Positions 45,918 through 55,359 of a stretch of DNA of 64,000 bases are shown in pieces. The first letter of the stretch is position 1. The number at the start of each line of letters is the position of its first letter. Origin of the DNA: Candidatus Helarchaeota archaeon (GTDB taxonomy: Archaea; Asgardarchaeota; Lokiarchaeia; Helarchaeales; RDOG01); contig JAHPZH010000002.1 in the NCBI GenBank assembly GCA_019058315.1, forward strand, positions 1,325,910-1,389,909. The letters run 5' to 3'. Under the pieces are notes generated by a model, which worked only from the letters and a program-made list of their open reading frames with translations, had not been told where the DNA came from and did no database searches. The translations under genes were made by a program, and so were the position numbers.

Positions 45918-46004
45918 TTCAATAGGTAAAATAATATTAATTATAAATAAAGAAACAGTAATTTAATTCTAATTTTAAATTTTTTTAATAACTAGAAATG
46001 AGGT

Positions 46005-46568
46005 TTGTTTTTGGCAAGAGAATACTACATGATGATTGAATTACGAGAACACGCAGAACCAATAACACAAGACGAACTTGATAGTATTCTTGAAAAACAT
46101 TATGAATTTATAAATTCGGGTGGAGCTGGGGGTAGATGGGAAACATTTGTAACTGAACCCGATCTAAAAAAGGGATTAATTCTTGGAGTCTATGTTGGGG
46201 CTAAAGGTTCTAATGGTGAACAATTAAAATTAAGCCACAAAAATCTCGAAAAAGTAAATTTAGAAAACATATTCTTACAATATGGGGATTTAGTCGGTGT
46301 TCTTTGCAGAAAACAAAGTTTAAAAGATAGTAGTCTTGAAGGAAGCTTACTTACGGATTCAGACTTTTCAGGATCTAATTTTGAAAATGCAAATTTAACT
46401 AATGCAGATTTCTCAAGATCTAGAATGGTTCATTGTAACTTTAAAAATGCCAATCTCACTGGAACAGACCTTGAAGATGTAGATTTAACAGGTTCTGACC
46501 TTCGTGGCGCAATGATTGATGGTACTAGTTTTAAGAATACAATAATGAAAGATATTTTAAAGGATTAA
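46005..46568 (+). CDS. Pentapeptide repeat protein
   Basis: SDFSG SNFEN ANLTN ADFSR... ANLTG TDLED VDLTG SDLRG. Confidence 0.92.
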   Translation: MFLAREYYMMIELREHAEPITQDELDSILEKHYEFINSGGAGGRWETFVTEPDLKKGLILGVYVGAKGSNGEQLKLSHKNLEKVNLENIFLQYGDLVGVLCRKQSLKDSSLEGSLLTDSDFSGSNFENANLTNADFSRSRMVHCNFKNANLTGTDLEDVDLTGSDLRGAMIDGTSFKNTIMKDILKD

Positions 46569-46602
46569 ATAGAGAAATTTTATTTTTAATTGGACAAATT
46601 GA

Positions 46603-47619
46603 TTAAACATTTGCTCGTTCAAAAAATTTTATTAATTCTTCTTGTAACTGAGCAAATTTTGGATATTTAACCTTAATTTTGTAAATATTCATCCCGACTA
46701 AATTTTTAATATCTTTATCATGATTTGAAATCTTAATTTTATTAATAATTTCATCTACTATTAGAAAATCAGCTTGAAATTGCGTATAATGAATTATACA
46801 AGTTCCTTTTTTAATTTTTATAAAATTACGAAATACATTATTTGCATCCCTTTTTCTAAAATTCCATGTTTTTTGGCGATACTCATTTTCAATCTCTTTC
46901 AAAGCCTCTATTTCCGAATCTTTAAGGTCATCTTCAACTAATTTAGTTTTCAAAGTGGTTTCATAAGCGTTTTTCAATCCTGATATTGCTTCATCAACAG
47001 CTATTTGACGATTTAACTCTTTATTGAGTGTTGTAATATTTTTTTCTAATTGGTTTTCCACTAAATCTTTAAATTTATTGCTAGGAACGTTTAAAATTTT
47101 GGAAAATTTTTCATAATCAAAATCTAGAAGTATATTACCAACCATTACGCCTGCATTTTCAATCGAAACTGCGCCATTTCCTGAAATTTTTTTGTTATTT
47201 ATTTGAATTTCATTAAAAACTATTTTGGAATTCAGATTTAAATCCTTTAAGAATTGGTTTGGCCCTTTTAGAGCAATTGAGTATAAATTTTTAATAGGCG
47301 ATGGGAATCCAAATCCGTTAAGAATTACATTATAAAATACTTGATCTTTTTCTAAAAGGACTAGTCCTCCCCCTGCCAATCGTCTTACTAATGCAATTTT
47401 ATTTTTTCCACAAAAATCTAAATTTACTTCTTGATAAAAATTCTGATGATATCCACAACTTATTGAACTTTTATTTGTTGTAGTTAAAAGAATAATATTA
47501 GTTTGTGGAGTCTTGGAAATTTCCAAAGCTAACGCATGATATATAGCTTGAACTCGAATAGGTTCTAAATTCTTTAATATAACTAAACGCCACTTTGCTT
47601 TTTCAGAAAGCATTTTCAA
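46603..47619 (-). CDS. lplA: Lipoate-protein ligase A family protein
   Basis: SCGYHQ, RRLAGGG, KKISGNG and ITTL. Directly downstream of the lipoyl carrier gene. Confidence 0.85.
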   Translation of the reverse strand: MKMLSEKAKWRLVILKNLEPIRVQAIYHALALEISKTPQTNIILLTTTNKSSISCGYHQNFYQEVNLDFCGKNKIALVRRLAGGGLVLLEKDQVFYNVILNGFGFPSPIKNLYSIALKGPNQFLKDLNLNSKIVFNEIQINNKKISGNGAVSIENAGVMVGNILLDFDYEKFSKILNVPSNKFKDLVENQLEKNITTLNKELNRQIAVDEAISGLKNAYETTLKTKLVEDDLKDSEIEALKEIENEYRQKTWNFRKRDANNVFRNFIKIKKGTCIIHYTQFQADFLIVDEIINKIKISNHDKDIKNLVGMNIYKIKVKYPKFAQLQEELIKFFERANV

Positions 47620-47684
47620 GTCAGATTATTTTTTTTAAATTAGTACAAAATTTTAAAAAATAAAAAAAAAGCGATAGTTTTTAG

Positions 47685-48113
47685 TTATTCTTTTTTGACA
47701 TTTTTGGCAATTTCTTCTTTTACCCAAGCTTGAAAATCCGGATTGTTCACTCGAAATAAATCATTTAACTCATCTTTATTATCTGGTTTTATTTTACAAA
47801 TCCAACCTTCACCATAGGGTGAACTATTCATAATAGTTGCATCATCATCAAGTTCTTCATTTGCTTCTGTAACTATGCCATTGACTGGGCCATAAATTCT
47901 ACCTACCCATTTTCCAGATTCAAGACTTGCGAATGGTTTTCCTTTTTTAACTTTTGTATCCTCATCCGGGAGTTCTACATAAATAAACTCCCCTGCAAGC
48001 TGTTGGGCATAATCGGTTACACCTAAAGTTAAAACATCTCCATCATCTCTTACCCAAAAATGATGCTCTGTATAATAAAGATCGTCTGGAAAATCAAATT
48101 CATCAATTTTCAT
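47685..48113 (-). CDS. GcvH-family lipoyl carrier protein (LbpA-like ESGKWVG motif)
   Basis: LYYTEHHFWV, GVTDYAQQLAG, lipoyl-Lys in ESGKWVG and NSSPYGEGW. ATG at 48113 follows GGAGGAG. Confidence 0.92.
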   Translation of the reverse strand: MKIDEFDFPDDLYYTEHHFWVRDDGDVLTLGVTDYAQQLAGEFIYVELPDEDTKVKKGKPFASLESGKWVGRIYGPVNGIVTEANEELDDDATIMNSSPYGEGWICKIKPDNKDELNDLFRVNNPDFQAWVKEEIAKNVKKE

Positions 48114-48124
48114 TACTTCTCCTC

Positions 48125-48424
48125 CTACATACATGATACAATTTTATTTTCAACTACTAAATCTACAAATCCATCATAATCTATGAGCTTAACATAATCA
48201 TTGAGATCTTTTATAGCTCGTGCTTCTAAGTCTGCTTTTAAAGCATAGACCGCAATTCCATTTTTTTTAAATTTATCTATAATGTCTTCTGTAACTATTC
48301 CTTTTTTCGCTGCAATTACTGCATCTTCGATTAATATAACTTTTGAATCACTTGCTTTTTTTAAATTTGAGCACTGTTCCAAATCTCTCGTATTTAAGGG
48401 GGATTTACCCATTACATATAACAT
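48125..48424 (-). CDS. dsrH: Sulfur relay protein DsrH/TusB
   Basis: LIEDAV, VYALKADLEAR and IDYDGFVDLV. Third gene of an E-F-H triplet. Confidence 0.88.
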   Translation of the reverse strand: MLYVMGKSPLNTRDLEQCSNLKKASDSKVILIEDAVIAAKKGIVTEDIIDKFKKNGIAVYALKADLEARAIKDLNDYVKLIDYDGFVDLVVENKIVSCM

Positions 48425-48433
48425 TTTATCACC

Positions 48434-48793
48434 TCAAAACGGAATTATATGATCGAATTGGCTTAAAACTTTTTCAAAATTATCTGGTGTGCACACTTGA
48501 GCATCGATTGTTAATTGATCCACTGTAATATTACGCTCTTTGAGAGATTGTCCGCATACATAGAACTTTTCGATATCCATCTCTTTCAAATCGGGTAATA
48601 CTTGTCCCAATGCTTTCATTTCTATTGCATCAGGTTTCTGATCCTTTAATGCAACAAAAACTCCATCATGTATAAATAAGACTTCAACATCTACTTCAAA
48701 TGAAGCAAGCCCCATAATAGCCCTAATTGCTTCTGCTGCATATACCGTTCCATAAGGGGATTTTCTTATCATAATCAGTACTTTTTTTGGCAT
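48434..48793 (-). CDS. dsrF: Sulfur relay protein DsrF/TusC
   Basis: RKSPYGT, EAIR, LFIHDGVF and SLKERNI. Confidence 0.88.
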   Translation of the reverse strand: MPKKVLIMIRKSPYGTVYAAEAIRAIMGLASFEVDVEVLFIHDGVFVALKDQKPDAIEMKALGQVLPDLKEMDIEKFYVCGQSLKERNITVDQLTIDAQVCTPDNFEKVLSQFDHIIPF

Positions 48794-48796
48794 ACT

Positions 48797-49165
48797 TTAA
48801 CCTCCAAATGTAATAAATCTGTCAGACTCCTCTACAAAATCAGCTAATTTTCCTAAACCAACAATTTTCGTATTTTCTATTGCTGCATCTTTTGTTAAAC
48901 CTCTGAATTTAGAGCACGCCACACAAGCATAGACTTTAACACCTTGAGCTCCAATTTCCGAAAACATTTTTGCAATATTTCTTTCCCCAGGTGGAACAAT
49001 CTTCTTATTAATATTATTTACTCCATCTGTGTAAAAGAAGACCCCTGTTATTTCATGACCTTTTTTAAGAGCTGCTTTAATGAAATGATATGCAGTATCA
49101 CTTGCTTGATGCTGATAAGGACCCGTTAATACCATTATTCCTATTTTCATTTTTTTCATTTCCAT
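48797..49165 (-). CDS. dsrE: Sulfur relay protein DsrE/TusD
   Basis: TGPYQHQASDTAYHF, FFYTDGV, active-site region ACVACSKFRG, GLGKL and DRFITFG. Confidence 0.9.
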   Translation of the reverse strand: MEMKKMKIGIMVLTGPYQHQASDTAYHFIKAALKKGHEITGVFFYTDGVNNINKKIVPPGERNIAKMFSEIGAQGVKVYACVACSKFRGLTKDAAIENTKIVGLGKLADFVEESDRFITFGG

Positions 49166-49192
49166 AAGTTTGTTATTTTTTCAATTTTTAAT

Positions 49193-49702
49193 CTATAATG
49201 ATAAACAAGTAGGCGATTCAGCAAGATTAAAACGAATATCTTCTTTAAAAGTTCTCAAGATAGCGTGAGAAACTATCTTTTGAATTCCCTCAATTTGTGC
49301 AATTCTTCTTGATAATTTAGCTGCACTTTCTGCATCTACACATCTAGCCAAGCAAGCAAGTTGAAAATCGCCTGCAACCTGGTGAATATAGAGTAATTCG
49401 GGTACACAAGTTATAAGTTCTTTAGCAATTTTATTAATATCTGTTTTAGGATTTGTTTCTATAAAAAAACAAATCGGATAATTAAGGTTCAAAAAAGATG
49501 GATCAACAATTGTTGTATACCCTATGATAATATTTTTACTCTCTAACTCCTTGATCCTTCTTCTGACTGTTGAAAAAGAAATATCTATATTCATTCTCTT
49601 TTTTAACAATCTAGCTATTTCCCTTGGAGAATATCGCGAATCTTCTTGTAATAATTGAATAATTGCTGTATTCGTTTCATCCATCATTGAAAAATCTCTC
49701 AC
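49193..49702 (-). CDS. Lrp/AsnC family transcriptional regulator
   Basis: LLQEDSR...STVRRRIKELE...IIIGY HTH plus a RAM domain (VAGDF). Confidence 0.93.
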   Translation of the reverse strand: MRDFSMMDETNTAIIQLLQEDSRYSPREIARLLKKRMNIDISFSTVRRRIKELESKNIIIGYTTIVDPSFLNLNYPICFFIETNPKTDINKIAKELITCVPELLYIHQVAGDFQLACLARCVDAESAAKLSRRIAQIEGIQKIVSHAILRTFKEDIRFNLAESPTCLSL

Positions 49703-49882
49703 TTTTTTTTATAGATAAAGTTAACTTGATTTATCATTATTTTTTGATAAATAGTTTTTCTTGGTACAAACAATGTTTTTTAACTATAAAAAGTATTTCA
49801 TTTGAAACAAAACCTTATAAATAAAAAATCGATTGATTCGATAGTAACATAATTTTGGATCAAAAAATTTAGTGGTGATAAA
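49703..49882. promoter_or_regulatory. Divergent promoter region between the lrp-dsrEFH-gcvH-lplA and dsrE2-hdrCBA-tusA units
   Basis: 180-bp AT-rich gap between divergent genes. TATA-like TTATAAATA near 49815 and several short palindromes. Confidence 0.6.
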
Positions 49883-50311
49883 ATGTTAAAAAAAATGGCT
49901 TTCATTGTTGGTAGCAAATCTTTTGAAAAAATGATGATGCCCTTAATAATTTCACAAACAGCTGATGCAATGGATGTAGAGGTTGATATATTTTTTACAT
50001 TCTGGGGATTACAATTATTGAAGAAAGGAGCCGCTGACAAAGCAAAAGTAGAAGGTATGCCATTTCCTATGAAAGGGATGGCTGCTTGGATGTTTAAAAA
50101 GAAATTGAAAAAATTTGGAACTGACAATCCCAGTGAAGTAATAAAAGAACTTGCTAGTAACGGTAACATTCATCTATACGCATGTAATATGACTATGGAA
50201 TTGATGGGCGTTAAAAAGGAAGATTTAATTCCTGAAGTCGAGAAAGTATTAGGAGCAGCTAAATTCTTGGAAATTTGTGAGGACGCAGATCAAGTTCTAG
50301 TCTTCGCATAA
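49883..50311 (+). CDS. DsrE2/DsrE-like (YrkE-type) sulfurtransferase
   Basis: IFFTFWGL and HLYACNMTMELMG with the conserved Cys. GGTGA RBS. Confidence 0.88.
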   Translation: MLKKMAFIVGSKSFEKMMMPLIISQTADAMDVEVDIFFTFWGLQLLKKGAADKAKVEGMPFPMKGMAAWMFKKKLKKFGTDNPSEVIKELASNGNIHLYACNMTMELMGVKKEDLIPEVEKVLGAAKFLEICEDADQVLVFA

Positions 50312-50339
50312 ACTTTTTTTATATTAGAGGTGTTAAATC

Positions 50340-50864
50340 GTGAGTCAAACAGATAACTCAAAAATAATTCAATCTGAAGAATTAGATCCAAATTTTAAAT
50401 ATGAGGTGGCTAAAGAACATGGAGGAGAACAAATTAAATTTTGTTTTCAATGTGGAACATGTGCAGCAGGTTGTCCTATTCGCACAATAAATGGGGATTT
50501 TAATCCTCGCACCATAATACGTAAAGTTCTATTAGGTATGAGAAAAGAAGTTTTGTCAGGGAAAGAAATTTGGATGTGTAGTAATTGTTATATCTGTTAT
50601 GAAAGATGCCCCCAAAACGTTAAATTTACTGATATTATTTTTGCACTCCGTAATATTGCGGCTAGGGAAGGTTATACTCACCCCTCATTTGTAAAACAAG
50701 CTGACCTTATTCGTAATATGGGGAGATTATACGAAGTTACAGAGTTGGAATTAGATAAAAGAGAGGATTATAATCTACCTCCAATTAATCCAACCAATGA
50801 TGATTTAGATAAAGTTTTTGAAAAAACCAAAATTGAGGATAAATTAAAGAAAAGTAGGGATTGA
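50340..50864 (+). CDS. hdrC: Heterodisulfide reductase subunit C
   Basis: CFQCGTCAAGCP and IWMCSNCYICYERCP. Confidence 0.94.
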   Translation: MSQTDNSKIIQSEELDPNFKYEVAKEHGGEQIKFCFQCGTCAAGCPIRTINGDFNPRTIIRKVLLGMRKEVLSGKEIWMCSNCYICYERCPQNVKFTDIIFALRNIAAREGYTHPSFVKQADLIRNMGRLYEVTELELDKREDYNLPPINPTNDDLDKVFEKTKIEDKLKKSRD

Positions 50865-50865
50865 A

Positions 50866-51759
50866 ATGAAGAAATATTCAATATTTATTGGTTGTACTAT
50901 TCCTGTAAGAGCAATGAATTATGAAATCTCTTCTAGAAAAATATTAGAACATTTAAAAGTTCCAATTCAGGAAATCGAAGAATTTACTTGTTGTGGTTAT
51001 CCTGTCGAATCGGTTGATGAAATTAGTGCTTTAACTGCTTCCGCTAAAAATTTAGCACTTGCAGAAAAATATGATACTACAATAATAACTTTATGTAGTG
51101 CTTGTACAGGAACATTAACTAAAGCAAAGACAATCCTTGATGAAAATGAAGAATTGAGAAAAAAAGTAAATGAGAATCTTGAAGTTTTAGGATTAAAATA
51201 TACTAAAAAGGCTGAAATTAAACATATTGGTAAATTTATACTCGAAGATATTGGTCCAGAAAAATTAAAAGAATTAGTAGTTACTCCATTAACTGATTTA
51301 AGAATCGCTCCTCATTATGGTTGTCATTTTAATAAACCATCAAATATTTTTAACAATTTTGACGATACAGAATATCCTACTTCTCTGAAAATAATAATAG
51401 AGGCTCTTGGAGCCACTTATGTTGAATATGAAAATTTAATGCAATGTTGTGGTGGAGCTGTATTAGGAGTTGATGAGAGTCTTTCATTAACTCTAGCAAG
51501 AAATAAACTACAACATATTAAAGATGCTGAAGCTGATGCAATCACCTTAATTTGTCCTTTTTGTTACCTAATGTATGATGTTAATCAAAAAAGAATAGAA
51601 AAAGATAGTGAAGAGAAATTTAAAATTCCCGTCTTATTTTTACCACAATTAATTGGATTAGCATTTGGAATTGATCCCAAAGAATTGGGATTAAAATTGA
51701 ATCGAGTAAAGCCCAAGGAAATTCTAGCAAAGATAGAAATGTTAAGTGGAGGTAAATAA
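50866..51759 (+). CDS. hdrB: Heterodisulfide reductase subunit B
   Basis: Two complete CCG domains: GC...TCCG...CSAC and HYGCH...QCCG...CPFC. Confidence 0.95.
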   Translation: MKKYSIFIGCTIPVRAMNYEISSRKILEHLKVPIQEIEEFTCCGYPVESVDEISALTASAKNLALAEKYDTTIITLCSACTGTLTKAKTILDENEELRKKVNENLEVLGLKYTKKAEIKHIGKFILEDIGPEKLKELVVTPLTDLRIAPHYGCHFNKPSNIFNNFDDTEYPTSLKIIIEALGATYVEYENLMQCCGGAVLGVDESLSLTLARNKLQHIKDAEADAITLICPFCYLMYDVNQKRIEKDSEEKFKIPVLFLPQLIGLAFGIDPKELGLKLNRVKPKEILAKIEMLSGGK

Positions 51760-54700
51760 TTTGAAAGATTTAGTTGGTGCTGTATTAGTTGTAGGAGGCG
51801 GTATAGCCGGAATTCAATCATCATTGGACCTAGCCGATTCTGGATTTAAAGTATATCTGGCAGAATCATTACCAAGTATTGGAGGTAAAATGGCCCAATT
51901 AGATAAAACGTTTCCCACTAATGATTGTAGCATGTGTATCTTGGCCCCTAAAATGGTAGCTTGTTCTAGGCATCCTAATATTGAAATTATGACTTATTCT
52001 GATATAGTTGATTTCAAGGGTGAACCTGGAAATTTTAGTGTAACCGTCAATAAGAGGGCAAGGTTTATTGATGAGTCAAAATGTATTGGCTGTGGAACAT
52101 GTGCAGAAAAATGTCCTGTGAGAAAAAAGGTTTTTAATAAATTTAATGAAAATTTGGAATATAGAAGAGCAGCATACAGATTATTTCCTCAAGCAATACC
52201 TTCTACCTTTTTAATAGATAAAAATAATTGTATTTTTTTCAAAACGGGGAAATGTAAAGCATGTGAAAAATTCTGTCCTGCAGATGCAGTCGATTTTGAG
52301 CAGAAAGATGAATTAATTACTTTAAATGTTGGATCTGTAATTATTTCTTCTGGTATGGGAGTATTTAACCCTTCAAAATTATCTAATTTTGGATATGGAA
52401 TTGTTCCAGATGTCGTTACAAGCATAGAATTTGAAAGAATTTTAAGCGCTTCTGGACCTTATGGAGGACATATTTTACGACCTTCGGATAAAGTACCGCC
52501 TAAAAAGATAGCCTTCATTCAGTGTGTTGGCTCACGAGATAGATCTATTAACAGAAATTTCTGTTCAGCAGCCTGTTGTATGTATGCGATTAAAGAAGCA
52601 ATAATTGCTAAAGAACATGAACCCGATTTAGATATAACTATATATTACATGGATATAAGAGCATTTGGTAAAGATTTCGAAAAATATTATGAAAATGCTA
52701 AAAATATTGGAATAAAGTTTATAAGATCCCGCCCTACATCTGCTCAGAAACATGGAAACCAAATTAAAATAATATATGAGGATGATACAGAAGAACTTAA
52801 AGATGATTTATTTGATTTAGTAGTCTTATCAGTAGGGTTTCAACATAATGAAAAAATACAAGAAATTGATAATATATTTAATTTACAAACAAATGAGTTT
52901 GGTTTTACAAAGACTGATTCATTTAATCAAATGAAAACAAATACTAAAGGCGTATTCGCTTGTGGAATTAACTCAGGACCTAAAGACATTCCAGAAACTG
53001 TAACCCAAGCTTCCGCCGCTGCTGGTTGTGCAAGTGCTCTTTTAGCACCAACGAGAGGCAAATTAGTTAAACCTAAAGAATTACCTGAAGAAATTGATGT
53101 AAGAGGGCAACCTCCTCGAATAGGCGTCTTTATTTGTCACTGTGGAATTAATATCGGCAGTGTTGTAGACGTACCAAATGTTGTGGAATATGCAAAGACT
53201 CTACCAAATGTAGTCATTGCTGATGAGAGCCTTTATACTTGCTCCGCAGATTCACAAAATTCAATTAAAGAGAAAATCAAAGAGTATAATCTAAATCGTG
53301 TTGTCATTGCTAGCTGCACGCCCCGTACTCATGAGCCACTGTTCCAAGAGACTATAAGAGAAGCGGGTTTAAATCGACACCTATTTGAAATGTGTAACAT
53401 CCGGGAGCAAGATTCATGGGTGCATATGAAGGAGCCAGAAAAAGCGACTCAGAAAGCAAAGGAATTAGTCCGAATGGCTACCTTAAAAGCAAATAAGATT
53501 GAACAATTACAAAAAATCTCTCTTGATATTGTTAAAAAAGTCCTTGTAATCGGGGGAGGTATTGCCGGAATCACTGCAGCATTAGAAGCCGAAAAACAAG
53601 GATACCCAGTTTATTTGATTGAAAAAAAGGAAAAATTGGGTGGTTTACTTAATCAAATTCATATATTGCTAGATGATGAAGACCCTCAGAAATATCTAGC
53701 AGATAGAGTCGAAGAATTAAACTCTAGCAAAAATATACAAGTTTTTCTAAATTCAGAATTAATTGAACTAGGAGGATTTGTAGGAAATTTCAAAGCTAAA
53801 ATAAAAACAGGAGATAAAATTGAAGAATTAGATGCAGGAGCAGTTATTATCGCTACTGGAGGCGAACTATATAAGCCTATTGAATATTTCTATGGAAAAG
53901 ATGAGCGTATAGTTACTGGTCTAGAATTTGAAAAACTTATGTATGATAATCAAATAAAAGGGAAAACTTTCTGTTTTATTCAATGCGTAGGTTCACGAAA
54001 TGACCAAAATCCTTATTGTAATAGGATTTGTTGCTCGGAGGCAGTGAAAAATGCTATAAAAATTAAAGAAAAGATACCTGATTCAAACGTATTCATCCTT
54101 TACCGAGACTTACGTGTATATGGTTTAAATGAAAAATATTATGGAAAAGCAAGAGATATGGGTGTTTTTTTCATAAATTACGAACAAGAAAATCCTCCTG
54201 AAGCTAAACTTGAAAATGGAGTATTAACTGTCGAAGTGTATGATAAAATATTGAAGAAATATATCAATATTAAACCCGATAATCTGATCTTGAGCGTTGG
54301 TATTGATCAGAGAACGAATTCTAAACCAAATTTTGCAGAACTTTCACAAAAATTGAAGGTTCCTTTAAATAAAGAAGGATTTTTCTTGGAAGCACATATG
54401 AAACTAAGACCGGTGGATTTTGCAACAGATGGAATTTTTCTGTGTGGAACGGCCCATTGGCCAAAGCTGATACCTGAAACAATTTCACAAGCTATTGCTG
54501 CAGTGTCTAGAGCAAGTACAATCTTAAGTAAGGATTCAATCGAAACAGAAGGTATAGTTGCAAGAGTAAATCCTGTTCGATGCACGGCTTGTGGACTTTG
54601 TGTTGAAAATTGTCCTTATAATGCAATTGAATTACAAGAAGTAAGAGGAAAAAAGATCGCTGTTGTTAATGAAGCTCTTTGTAAGGGTTGTGGAACTTGC

Positions 54701-54790
54701 TCCGCAAATTGCAGATGTTCTGCGGTTGATCTACTCGGTTTTACGGACGAACAAATATCATTAATTATAAATTCACGAGCTATAGCTTGA
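51746..54790 (+). CDS. hdrA: Heterodisulfide reductase subunit A-like protein with two FAD modules
   Basis: GGGIAG twice, LDKTFPTNDCSMC, QCVGSR twice, GVFICHCG and ferredoxin motifs. Confidence 0.95.
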   Translation: MEVNNLKDLVGAVLVVGGGIAGIQSSLDLADSGFKVYLAESLPSIGGKMAQLDKTFPTNDCSMCILAPKMVACSRHPNIEIMTYSDIVDFKGEPGNFSVTVNKRARFIDESKCIGCGTCAEKCPVRKKVFNKFNENLEYRRAAYRLFPQAIPSTFLIDKNNCIFFKTGKCKACEKFCPADAVDFEQKDELITLNVGSVIISSGMGVFNPSKLSNFGYGIVPDVVTSIEFERILSASGPYGGHILRPSDKVPPKKIAFIQCVGSRDRSINRNFCSAACCMYAIKEAIIAKEHEPDLDITIYYMDIRAFGKDFEKYYENAKNIGIKFIRSRPTSAQKHGNQIKIIYEDDTEELKDDLFDLVVLSVGFQHNEKIQEIDNIFNLQTNEFGFTKTDSFNQMKTNTKGVFACGINSGPKDIPETVTQASAAAGCASALLAPTRGKLVKPKELPEEIDVRGQPPRIGVFICHCGINIGSVVDVPNVVEYAKTLPNVVIADESLYTCSADSQNSIKEKIKEYNLNRVVIASCTPRTHEPLFQETIREAGLNRHLFEMCNIREQDSWVHMKEPEKATQKAKELVRMATLKANKIEQLQKISLDIVKKVLVIGGGIAGITAALEAEKQGYPVYLIEKKEKLGGLLNQIHILLDDEDPQKYLADRVEELNSSKNIQVFLNSELIELGGFVGNFKAKIKTGDKIEELDAGAVIIATGGELYKPIEYFYGKDERIVTGLEFEKLMYDNQIKGKTFCFIQCVGSRNDQNPYCNRICCSEAVKNAIKIKEKIPDSNVFILYRDLRVYGLNEKYYGKARDMGVFFINYEQENPPEAKLENGVLTVEVYDKILKKYINIKPDNLILSVGIDQRTNSKPNFAELSQKLKVPLNKEGFFLEAHMKLRPVDFATDGIFLCGTAHWPKLIPETISQAIAAVSRASTILSKDSIETEGIVARVNPVRCTACGLCVENCPYNAIELQEVRGKKIAVVNEALCKGCGTCSANCRCSAVDLLGFTDEQISLIINSRAIA

Positions 54791-54878
54791 TATGATTTAT
54801 TAAAATGTATTAAAATGAATAATAATATTAAAAATTTCATGGGTTTTATCCCAGATTTAAAATATGAGGTGATTTTAA

Positions 54879-55109
54879 ATGGTTGAAAAAGATGAAACAT
54901 TAGATTGTTTAGGGCTATTATGTCCGGCACCTATAGTTAAATTATCTAAAAAAGTTAAAAAAATGGAATCTGGAAAAATATTAGAACTTATCGCAGATGA
55001 TGAGGGTGCTCTAGAAGACGTACCTGCCTGGTGCCGAAAAACAGGAAATGAACTAGTGGAAAGTAAAACTGAAAATGGTGTCTATAAGTTCTATGTCAAA
55101 AAAACATAA
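54879..55109 (+). CDS. tusA: TusA/SirA family sulfurtransferase
   Basis: LDCLGLLCPAP (CPxP), ADDEGA and DVPAWC. GAGGTGA RBS. Confidence 0.93.
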   Translation: MVEKDETLDCLGLLCPAPIVKLSKKVKKMESGKILELIADDEGALEDVPAWCRKTGNELVESKTENGVYKFYVKKT

Positions 55110-55130
55110 TTTCCTTTTTTTTATTTTTTT
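55110..55130 (+). terminator. Putative archaeal oligo-T terminator after tusA
   Basis: TTTCCTTTTTTTTATTTTTTT immediately after the stop, followed by a 230-bp gap. Confidence 0.5.
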
Positions 55131-55359
55131 ATGTCAATAAATTAGATGCCTTCTTAGAGTTTTACAAAGACATTTCCAATAATTTAATCATTTTTTGAAA
55201 TTAATTTTTTTAAATATATTCTAAAATTAGAGCTAATTATTATTAATTTTCTATATTTCTACTAATGAAAATTAAATAATCAAATAATAATTAAAGATAG
55301 TTTACTTTGTTAATTCAAGAAAATTTTATTAGATTCTTATTTTCAAAAAGTGGCTATCT

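Noticed and set aside
47685-48113. Calling this gene gcvH of a glycine cleavage system
   Set aside because: No gcvP/T/L nearby, a non-GcvH lipoylation motif and a sulfur-relay context. Symbol withheld.
49798-50169. 123-aa minus-strand ORF
   Set aside because: Antisense shadow of the DsrE2-like gene.
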